Assembly (NCBI GenBank): GCA_963718915.1
Contig: CAVRAI010000004.1
Location: 90,001-122,000 of the forward strand
Source: an uncultured Chloroflexia bacterium
GTDB taxonomy: Bacteria; Chloroflexota; Ktedonobacteria; Ktedonobacterales; JADMIN01
DNA length: 32,000 nt
Direction of reading: 5' to 3'
Part shown: one piece after another, positions 8,117 through 15,240 of the stretch
Layout: every line of letters starts with the position of its first letter
Position numbering within the stretch: the stretch's first letter is position 1
Position numbers and translations under genes: made by a program
Notes under the pieces: generated by a model
Databases searched by the model: none
Told to the model about the DNA's origin: nothing
What the model saw: only the letters and a program-made list of their open reading frames with translations

Positions 8117-8154
8117 CCCCTCCCCTCATAGGGGAGGGGGTAGGGGGAGAGGTC
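8117..8154 (+). repeat. GC-rich hairpin repeat, family 1, copy B
   Basis: CCCCTCCCC-TCATA-GGGGAGGGG followed by GTAGGGGGAGAGGTC. Confidence 0.8.
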
Positions 8155-8178
8155 TTTCTGGATGCCCTGCATCATCCC

Positions 8179-9252
8179 TTATGGCGCCCAGGAGATCTGG
8201 TAGCGCAGGAGCGCGCCAACACCGCCCGCGTCGATCAGCGATTCGTGCCCCTGAACCGTCTCCACATCGGCGCCCGTCTGGGTCGCCAGGTGAACCAGCT
8301 CGGTCCGCTCCTGCGCATCCAGGGGAGTCTCCGCCGCCAGCACCAGCGTATCGGCCTGGCCGTGCGTCAGCGCGTCTCGCGTCTCCTGTGGCCCGACAAC
8401 GCCGAGGCCCTGTCGTTGCACCTCCTCGATAAGGCGGTCGGCGACGCCGTGCGATTCATCCTCCTCGATCTGCGCGAGCAGCGGGGTGATCTCGCCGTGC
8501 ACTTCATCGCGGCGCGCGCGGATATCCAGACTCAGAACCTGCTCGGAAATGAGCGGCTCCAGTTGCGGCGAGAGCGCCTGGTGCAGCAGCGGGATGGCTA
8601 CCGCATCGCCAGCCAGGATGACGCGCGTGGCCCCCTCATGCGCGACCAACTCCTCGATGGCCGAGGCCATGTCGCGCGCGAAGTCTATACGGCGGTTCTG
8701 CACACGCCGCTGATAATTCTTGTGGTTCAGTCCACCGGTGTTGCGCTGGCGGGAGTAGAATTTGTCGTCCGTTGGCCCGGATACCTCGTGCAGGAAGCCG
8801 CGGCGCGTCACGAACAGGCGCGCCGTGTTCGTATCCACCAGGGCGACCACGCTGGTCTCGTGCTCATCGATCAGGCGCGCAAGCTGGAAGAGATCGGGAA
8901 GCGGTTCCAGCGCGACGAGGTCGTCGAATGGGATGCCGGTTTCAAGCATCTCGAAGAGCTGATGGCGGTTGCAGGCAAAGATAGCCACCCCTTGCAGGTA
9001 TGGCTCGGCGTGTTCGTCGAAAAAGCGTTGGACGCGCGCCGCATCGGCCCGGAAGTCGTCCAGGGCTGGCCCGCGCGGCAGGAGGGTTTTTTCGATGGTG
9101 CGCAACCGGTCTTTCAGGATAACCTGGGCCGGGCGTAGGGCGGGGTTTTCTCCCGTCGCATGCGGACGCATATCCAGATAGACGCTCAATACCAGCGCAT
9201 CGCCGGGATCGAAACTGGCCATTCTCTCCAGCAGTTCTTGTGCCGTCTGCAT
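8179..9252 (-). CDS. Bacterial eRF1/Pelota-like protein (baeRF1-type)
   Basis: C-terminus ...LIDAGGVGALLRYQISW resembles the eRF1/Pelota domain-3 signature. The central ...RNTGGLNHKNYQRRVQNRRIDFARDMA aligns by eye with the eRF1 GGQ-loop region. AGGGAGGAG SD 9 nt before ATG 9252. The ORF track starts at GTG 9273. Confidence 0.7.
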   Translation of the reverse strand: MQTAQELLERMASFDPGDALVLSVYLDMRPHATGENPALRPAQVILKDRLRTIEKTLLPRGPALDDFRADAARVQRFFDEHAEPYLQGVAIFACNRHQLFEMLETGIPFDDLVALEPLPDLFQLARLIDEHETSVVALVDTNTARLFVTRRGFLHEVSGPTDDKFYSRQRNTGGLNHKNYQRRVQNRRIDFARDMASAIEELVAHEGATRVILAGDAVAIPLLHQALSPQLEPLISEQVLSLDIRARRDEVHGEITPLLAQIEEDESHGVADRLIEEVQRQGLGVVGPQETRDALTHGQADTLVLAAETPLDAQERTELVHLATQTGADVETVQGHESLIDAGGVGALLRYQISWAP

Positions 9253-9407
9253 ACCCGCGAACTCCTCCCTCACCCGCGCCTACGAAGCACTCTGGCGCGC
9301 GACCATTTCGCCGTGGCGTCACCTCCCAACCAGCACATTCGGCGCCAGCGGCCCCGCTGCCCGTCAGGTTTTGCGCGCTTATTGTGCCATCCTGTCGTTC
9401 GATGCGT

Positions 9408-10131
9408 CTATTCGTGGGTCTCGCTGACAGGCCCGTAGACGCACGCGCTCACCTGGGTGTATCCCGTTGCCGCAGCCAGCCATAGTGACGCGGTGTTATA
9501 GGCGAAGGCGCTGTAGATCGGCGTCAGCCTCTCCCGTAGTATTGCGTGCGACCATGCGAGGGTTGCCGCTTTGGCATAGCCCTGGCGACGCGCCTCGCGA
9601 GAGGGTATTGATACCCAGTTCGCATGCCACTGCGGTCCGGCGCGAGCTGTGTGCCACGCTGACCAGCTGGCCATCGACAACCACGCCGATGCATGGCGCG
9701 TGCTGAGGATCCAGAAAGTAGGAGGCGCTACCAGCCTCAAAGGCTTCCAGGAGCGCCGTATCGTTCGCGGTGATGAGTCGGGCGCCGTGTTGGGCTGCTA
9801 TACTCAGCGTATCGGGGAACCGCAAGACAACCTCGCGGCGCATGCCAATGGCGGCATCGAATACTGTGTCGGCGTTGCGTGCCCGTTGCAGCAGATCGGC
9901 CCGCTCGCCGGGCGTGACACCGGGACGCCAAATGGTGACCTGTTCTCCCTGTGAGAGGTCGGCTTGATAGAGTGACCACGGTGGAAGTGGCGTGGTGGCT
10001 GTTAGTTCAACGATATCGCCTGCGAGCGGCGGGACGCTGATACCCCAGACAGCCTCGATGTGGAGGCGGAGCAATTCGCGTTCGGTCATGGTGAGGTGTT
10101 CTCCCTGGTGGCGGTGTGTGCAAATAGTCAA
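9408..10131 (-). pseudogene. GNAT-family N-acetyltransferase interrupted by a +1 frameshift near 9597-9606
   Basis: ORF 9496..10131 ends ...AVACELGINTLSRGASPG. The GNAT core continues in ORF 9408..9740 as ...REARRQGYAKAATLAWSHAILRERLTPIYSAFAYNTASLWLAAATGY. The likely start is ATG 10089 (MTERELL). Confidence 0.7.
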
Positions 10132-10329
10132 TGCGCTGAGTTTGCCCTATACTCATCATGGCGCTCCTTGTGCTCAACATGGCGGTCAACAAGTATCCTC
10201 CATCCTACCCTGAGCGCTCCGCGTTTCATTCACCTCCCAAATGCAAACGTGTGCAACGAGACGTGCAAATGCGCTGTTTTTAGCAATGAATGTCTCTCTA
10301 TATTCTCCCGGCCGAAGGGGTCTCTATCC

Positions 10330-11280
10330 ATGCTGTTCATCAAGAGCGGCCTGACCGATCGTTCGCGCGCCGCTGGCAGCACTGGCAATCCGTTGCGCTT
10401 TATAGCTGGTCTCTCAGGATCCATGCCACCATCGAGCATGCTGGTCTTTGGGATGATTACCGTCCAGTTGGGCGCGGCGCTGGCAATAGATCTCTTCAGC
10501 TCGCTGGGGCCAGCGGGCGTCGTCTTCTTGAGGGTGGGATTCGCCGCGCTAACACTGCTGGCGCTCTGGCGTCCCTGGCGGCGCACCGGTGTGCTCGCGG
10601 GCGCGCGGCGGGCGGACTACGTGGCGGTGGCGCTCTTCGGACTCACCCTCGCGCTGATGAACTTGACCTTCTATTCCGCGCTCACCCGCATCCCGCTTGG
10701 CATCGCCGTGACCGTCGAGTTCATTGGGCCGCTGAGCGTCGCGGTCGTCGGGTCGCGCCGGGCGCTCGACGTACTTTGGGTGATGCTGGCGCTCGGCGGC
10801 ATCCTGTTGCTGGCGCCGCTGGGCGTGCTTGGCGCGACTCCGCTCGACCCGCTGGGGCTGCTGCTGGCGCTCGGCGCGGGCGCATGCTGGGCCGTCTATA
10901 TCCTCCTGAGCGCGCGGGTCGGAAAGGCCTTTCCCGGCGGGACCGGTCTCTCACTCGCCATGGCGGTTGGCGCGGTGGCCCTGCTGCCTGTGGGTATCGC
11001 CGGCGCGGGAAGCGCGCTGCTCAATCCACGATTGTTGCTGCTCGGCGCGGGCGTTGCGCTGCTCTCCTCGGTCGTGCCCTATTCGCTGGAGATGGCCGCG
11101 CTACGTCGCATCTCTCCCAGCGCGTTCGGCGTCTTCATGAGCCTCGAACCCGCTATCGCCGCGCTGGTTGGCTGGCTCGTGCTGCGCGAAGCCCTGGAGC
11201 TACGCGCCATCATCGCGCTCGTGCTCGTCACCACCGCCGCCATCGGCGCCACCCGCACGGGAAAGCGCGCGGGCGGTTAA
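10330..11280 (+). CDS. rhtA: EamA/DMT-family exporter, RhtA-like (threonine/homoserine exporter family)
   Basis: LGIAVTVEFIGPLSVAVVGSRRALDVLWVMLALGGILLLAPLG and PYSLEMAALRRI closely match my memory of E. coli RhtA. About 10 TM helices. GAAGGGG SD before ATG 10330; alternative start at 10423. Confidence 0.85.
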   Translation: MLFIKSGLTDRSRAAGSTGNPLRFIAGLSGSMPPSSMLVFGMITVQLGAALAIDLFSSLGPAGVVFLRVGFAALTLLALWRPWRRTGVLAGARRADYVAVALFGLTLALMNLTFYSALTRIPLGIAVTVEFIGPLSVAVVGSRRALDVLWVMLALGGILLLAPLGVLGATPLDPLGLLLALGAGACWAVYILLSARVGKAFPGGTGLSLAMAVGAVALLPVGIAGAGSALLNPRLLLLGAGVALLSSVVPYSLEMAALRRISPSAFGVFMSLEPAIAALVGWLVLREALELRAIIALVLVTTAAIGATRTGKRAGG

Positions 11281-11317
11281 AACCGCGCCTGAAGGGCCTG
11301 CGGCCACGAAACCCGCC
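11265..11317 (-). repeat. REP-like repeat, family 2, copy 1 (inverted; overlaps the last codons and stop of rhtA)
   Basis: The reverse complement GGCGGGTTTCGTGGCCGCAGGCCCTTCAGGCGCGGTTTTAACCGCCCGCGC matches 15433-15499, with 33/34 identity in the TTCAGGCGCGGTTTTAACCGCCCGCGC part. Confidence 0.8.
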
Positions 11318-11331
11318 GTCGCGGGTTTTTA
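11309..11331 (+). terminator. Rho-independent terminator of the rhtA-like gene
   Basis: AAACCCGC-CGTC-GCGGGTTT with the run TTTTT. Confidence 0.7.
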
Positions 11332-11440
11332 GCTCTCGTCCATCCAGTGGTGACCTCGCAAGGGTGGAGTCTGGGTAGTCTGCTCAGGGCAGCTGCGTGA
11401 GCCGAAGGCGAGAAGCGCGCAGAGCGGCAGCGGCCCGAAG

Positions 11441-11486
11441 GGCGGACTTCGTGGCCGAGCGCAGCGAGGTCATTCAGGCGCGGATT
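11441..11486 (+). repeat. REP-like repeat, family 2, copy 2
   Basis: GGCGGACTTCGTGGCCGAGCGCAGCGAGGTCATTCAGGCGCGGATT, compared with 15433-15499. Confidence 0.75.
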
Positions 11487-11658
11487 ATGAACATTAAGAA
11501 ATACCTCCGTACAGCGTACTAGGCCGAGCGCGCCGTAGCCTAAAGGCCACGGCGAATGGGCTGAGTTGTGGAAATTCGCCGTAGCGTTCACGCTACGGCC
11601 TGCCTCGCCCGCCACCACGCGCGGTGTTCGGAGGAATAAGTGAACATTCATTATCCGC
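11480..11658. other. Inverted-repeat-bounded ~180-bp structured element (MITE-like remnant or ncRNA candidate)
   Basis: Outer inverted repeat GCGGATTATGAA (11480-11491) / TTCATTATCCGC (11647-11658), 11/12. Inner CCTCCG (11504-09) / CGGAGG (11629-34). Three overlapping perfect hairpins lie at 11531-11554, 11549-11582 and 11579-11598. Confidence 0.4.
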
Positions 11659-11672
11659 CAGCCGCTTTCCCC

Positions 11673-11700
11673 TTCCTAACGCCCTCCCCTTGTGTATAAT
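11673..11700 (+). promoter_or_regulatory. Putative promoter of the TIR gene
   Basis: Perfect -10 TATAAT (11695-11700); weak -35 TTCCTA (11673-11678) with a 16-nt spacer. Confidence 0.35.
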
Positions 11701-11769
11701 GGAGCTATGCATGCCAGCTTGCCCATTTTACATGCATGCGAAGCGCACGCGGTATGGAGGAGTGCGTCC

Positions 11770-12827
11770 ATGGCAGAAGCGGTCTCGACATTCATCAGCT
11801 ACTCCCGCACTGATACGGATTTTGTAGACCGTCTGGAAGCGGACTTGCGGGCGCGCGGCTTCAAGACCTGGGTAGATCGGAGAAAGCTGGAAGGCACGCG
11901 CGAGTGGCAGCCGCAAATTGACCACGCCATTGCCGAGTACCCCTTGATGATAGTTGTGCTGTCGCCAGATGCCATAGCGTCGCCCTACGTGCGTCATGAA
12001 TACGAGTATGCGCATCAGTTGGGACAAGCGCATCGTACGCTTGCTCCACAAGCCGAATCTGCGGACCGTGCCTCCTGAGTTGGCGGGGATACAGTGGGTA
12101 GACTTTGTCGATAAGCCTTATGAGACGGCTCTGGTAGAGTTGATTGACGGCTGTCAGGATCTCTTCTTCGATCAGGCTGCCGACCCACGGACACTCTACA
12201 ATCAGGCGCACGATCTGGAGTCCACCGACCCCGAGCGCGCGGCGATCCTCTACCAGCGCCTTATCAATCGAGCTCCCACATACGCAGGCGGACGGGCGCA
12301 AGCTTGACCTTGATCGGCTGAACCAGCAACTCTACCCACAGCGTGCGCAACGGCTCCGCGAACAGGCCGAGGCAGCACGCAAAGACGGCCAGTATGGCGC
12401 TGAGGCTGGAGCATTGCAGGCGCTGATTGCGCTCGGCGGCCAGGACAGAAACATGTTGGCGTGGGCAGAAGAATACCTTCCCATTGCGGAACAGAATAGC
12501 GCATGGCTCGATACCTACGAGAATGTGAAGCACTGTGTTGAGACGGGCGACAAGGATAGAGCGTGCGAGCTTCTGGCCGAATTATGGCGGAAGGAGAATG
12601 CGCCGTTCTTCCGTGATCCGGCGGGCGTCGCGCCAGCTCTTGGGTTGGTCGTGCCGATGTCGTATGAGCAGTGGAAAGAAGAGCGGCAGGCAGACGAGGA
12701 GAGAGCGCGACGGGTACGGATTGCTGATGAGGAGAAGGTGGCGGCACAGAAGCAAGCGGCAAGAGAGAAGCGAGAGGCACTAAATCAACGGGATCCTGCA
12801 AAGGACAACGTGAGGTTCCGAGTTTGA
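11770..12827 (+). pseudogene. TIR-domain protein with a TPR-like/helical C-terminal region, split by two +1 frameshifts (near 12021 and 12275-12296)
   Basis: GGAGGA SD precedes ATG 11770. MAEAVSTFISYSRTDTDFVDRLEADLRARGFKTWVDRRKLEGTREWQPQIDHAIAEYPLMIVVLSPDAIASPYVRHEYEYAHQLG continues in the next frame as KRIVRLLHKPNLRTVPPELAGIQWVDF, then in a third frame as KLDLDRLNQQLYPQRAQRL... Confidence 0.75.
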
Positions 12828-12858
12828 GAGCCGCATTGCCCAAGAGCGAGAGCGATTT

Positions 12859-13681
12859 ATGAGTCTTAGTAAGACCATTTCGAACCTCGCTTATAGTTCA
12901 ATTTGGATGGACAAGGGTCGTAGAGATTCCAGTCGCGTCGAACTCGATAGCCTAGAGCGCGAGTCGGTTTTCAATGAGACGCTTGAAGGGTCAAATACTA
13001 AGGCTCTACCTATGGAGATCGTATCGCGTGGGCTTGCAGCGATCGCGGCGGATGAAGAATTGGAGAGAGCTAAATCGAGTCGCCCAACGGCCCACAGGCT
13101 TGATATCAGAAGAAGTGTTTATTCGGTTATTCTTCACATATATGGTGTTTGGGTTTATTGGCATCTTTGCACTGTTTGTGCCTAGCTTCTTCATTCCTTC
13201 CATTAATGCAACTTTCGGTTCACCACTAAATGTCCTTGTGTTTTTGGGCTACATCGATCTAGGCTTTATATTGGTAATTACTGTCATTGCGTTGCTTGTA
13301 AGTTGTCTCAGGCTTCTCAAGTCCTCGACAGCGGCCAGACGCTATGTTCGTCGTGTGTTAGACTTGGAAACGAAAAGAAATGCTCTCAGGAAGGCAACGG
13401 AATCCGCAGCTAGACAATGGAGTTCCGCATATCATGCAGAGTACCTGGCAAGAATCCGCCAGATTGAGAGCGAGCGAGACAGTACTCTTGTTCCTTTCGA
13501 GGAGCAACGACAGCAACGGATGGCTGAATTTGAAGATGAGCACAAGCGTAAACTGGATGATATTGACTCAATTCACCAGCGTATGGATGAAATTGCGGCC
13601 GAGCACGCGCGCACGCTGGCGGAGATCGCGGCGCGATACGCGGGCGGTGATGTTATCCTGGTGTTCGCATGCGCAGGCTGA
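12859..13681 (+). CDS. Two-TM plus coiled-coil protein of unknown function, either frameshifted (+1 near 13072-13093) or two overlapping genes
   Basis: ORF 12859..13185 has a plausible soluble N-terminus. ORF 12974..13681 carries TM helices FIRLFFTYMVFGFIGIFALFVPSFFIP and LNVLVFLGYIDLGFILVITVIALLVSCL, then an E/R-rich coiled coil. The region is visibly AT-richer than its flanks. Alternative own starts: TTG 13100 or GTG 13115. Confidence 0.5.
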
Positions 13682-13687
13682 AGACCT

Positions 13688-13769
13688 GCGGCTAATCCCG
13701 GCATGCATAATCCGCTCGACGGACCGAAGTACGGTAAGCCGCAGGATTAGCCGCGGCATGCATGCCGCG
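13688..13769. repeat. Nested palindromes at the right edge of the AT-richer island
   Basis: GCGGCTAATCC (13688-98) / GGATTAGCCGC (13744-54), an 11-bp inverted repeat. 18-bp perfect palindrome CGCGGCATGCATGCCGCG (13752-69). GGCATGCAT occurs twice. Confidence 0.8.
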
Positions 13770-13860
13770 ACAATGGATCACTCCCACCTCCCCCACCCAT
13801 GACATCTGGCGACAGCGATAGCCATTTCCTCCGTTCCTCCCGAATAGACCTCAAAACCAC

Positions 13861-13889
13861 TGGACAATGCGCGATGTTCTAACTATAAT
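13861..13889 (+). promoter_or_regulatory. Near-consensus sigma70 promoter
   Basis: TGGACA (13861-66), 17-nt spacer, TATAAT (13884-89). Confidence 0.6.
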
Positions 13890-13905
13890 TAGAACATAAG
13901 TTCTA
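13890..13905 (+). promoter_or_regulatory. LexA/Cheo-type SOS box (TAGAAC-ATAA-GTTCTA) abutting the -10 element
   Basis: 16-bp sequence with perfect palindromic arms AGAAC-N4-GTTCT, immediately downstream of TATAAT and covering the expected TSS. An extra GTTCT half-site lies at 13876-80. Confidence 0.6.
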
Positions 13906-14015
13906 TACAGCCGCCGACAGTTGCCCGCAGGCTTGCGCACACTACGCCAGAGTCCGGCGAAACCGTGCAATCATGCGCAGCGACGGCCAGCGACAGTCAG
14001 AGAGGAGAAGAGCAG

Positions 14016-14492
14016 ATGAGCTGGCATGCGCTACTCTACAGCCCCACCGACGACGCCAACATCTGGAGTCAGGCACATCGCTCGCACCAGCCAACACAGC
14101 CCGCGCGCTCGCTGGGGTCCGCCACCGCCGATGCCCGCTGGCGCTGGGCGTCGCCAGACGCAGGCGCTGTGACGCCGAGAAACGTCGAGCGTGGCAGCGG
14201 CGACGAGCTAGTTACGACACACTTTGGCGTCGCGCGTGAACTACGCGCCGAGATGGCCGAGATGGCGCGCGTCATGGGCCGGAGCGAGGACGACATCTGG
14301 GCCGAGGCTGCCCGCGAGTGGCTGATGCGCCGATTGCGCAACGACGGGCCACCACCGACGACACCCGCCGCCGCCCCTGTGCCGTGCGCGCGCCCGAGCC
14401 GCATGTGGAACGAGATCGACGAGATGCTCGCCGAGTTGCGCCACCCGCGCTATGTCATATCACCCGCCGCGCCTGTCGCGCCCGCCGCCTGA
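14016..14492 (+). CDS. Hypothetical protein with a ribbon-helix-helix-like segment
   Basis: GAGGAGAAG SD precedes ATG 14016. High GC3. ...VTTHFGVARELRAEMAEMARVMGRSEDDIWAEAAREWLMRRL resembles the CopG/Arc RHH pattern. The C-terminus is Pro/Ala-rich. Confidence 0.55.
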   Translation: MSWHALLYSPTDDANIWSQAHRSHQPTQPARSLGSATADARWRWASPDAGAVTPRNVERGSGDELVTTHFGVARELRAEMAEMARVMGRSEDDIWAEAAREWLMRRLRNDGPPPTTPAAAPVPCARPSRMWNEIDEMLAELRHPRYVISPAAPVAPAA

Positions 14493-14620
14493 GTTGGGGT
14501 TCACCGACAACGTTCGAGCAGATTTCTCGTATCCGCACATGTAATCATCCGACTACACTGAGTGGCAGGGAGCGCCATGTGAGCGCCAGTGGTGAGGGTT
14601 TGCCAGAGGAACAGAACAGC

Positions 14621-15193
14621 ATGCGAGGCGACGATGCCCAGGATGTGGCGCAGGATAAGGCAGGTACACTGGCAGGGACAGCGCTGAGCGAGATCACGCC
14701 TGAACTGGCGGCGGCGTATCTCGACATGGTGGATGAATTCGAGGCGGCAGGCGAGGGCTATGGCTGGAACGACGTAGAGTTGGCCCGGCGCGACTTCGCC
14801 GCCTTCGTGGATGATCTGCGCAACGAATCGCTGGGCATCGGCCTGCCGCCGGATATCGTGCCACAGACGACTTATGTGTTGATTGATCGTGAAGGGCGCG
14901 CGCTGGGTGAGATTCGCTTTCGCCCGCACCTGACGCCGCCCTTCGAGCGGCACAACGGCCACATCGGCTATAACGTCCGCCCACGCCAGCGCGGCAAAGG
15001 CTACGCGACGCGGATGCTGGCGCTCGTGCTCGAAAAGGCGCGTGCCCTTGGCCTGGAACACGTGATGCTCCCGGTGAAGGATGAGAATCGCGCATCGGTG
15101 CGCGTCATCGTGAAGAACGGCGGCGTGCTGGAGCGCACAGGCGTTGAGTTAGGCTCTGGCGAGATTGTTTCGATCTACTGGATCACACTCTGA
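14621..15193 (+). CDS. GNAT-family N-acetyltransferase (COG3981-like)
   Basis: GIGLPPDIVPQTTYVLIDREGRALGEIRFRPHL...NGHIGYNVRPRQRGKGYATRMLALVLEKARALGLEHVML...NRASVRVIVKNGGVLE matches my memory of this family. Alternative GTG start at 14579 with a GGGAG SD. Confidence 0.85.
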   Translation: MRGDDAQDVAQDKAGTLAGTALSEITPELAAAYLDMVDEFEAAGEGYGWNDVELARRDFAAFVDDLRNESLGIGLPPDIVPQTTYVLIDREGRALGEIRFRPHLTPPFERHNGHIGYNVRPRQRGKGYATRMLALVLEKARALGLEHVMLPVKDENRASVRVIVKNGGVLERTGVELGSGEIVSIYWITL

Positions 15194-15240
15194 GGCAAAT
15201 TCATGTCATTTCGAGATATGCGGCCATGGGCAGCGCGCGT

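Noticed and set aside
11451-11461. GTGGCCGAGCG, similar to the D-arm of tRNA-Ser/Leu; it also appears at 15443-15453 as GTGGCGGAGCG.
   Set aside because: It is part of the family-2 repeat. The downstream sequence lacks anticodon and T arms.
11277-11651. A 124-aa minus-strand ORF spanning the intergenic region after the rhtA-like gene.
   Set aside because: It is built entirely from REP-like repeats and hairpins (internal repeats FLNVHNPRL.. / MNVHLFL..), shows no coding-like composition, and ends inside the rhtA stop and terminator.
13876-13895. GTTCT-N10-AGAAC as a second LexA operator overlapping the -10 element.
   Set aside because: The half-sites are in the wrong orientation and spacing for a GAAC-N4-GTTC box. 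It is kept only as a note of an extra half-site.
14016-15193. The RHH-like gene followed by a GNAT, read as a TacA/TacT- or AtaR/AtaT-type toxin-antitoxin pair.
   Set aside because: The GNAT matches my memory of the COG3981-type acetyltransferase family (GIGLP..VP..T....GHIGY..RP..RGKGYAT..), not the small tRNA-acetylating toxins. The genes are 128 bp apart rather than overlapping, and the RHH segment is central in a 158-aa protein.
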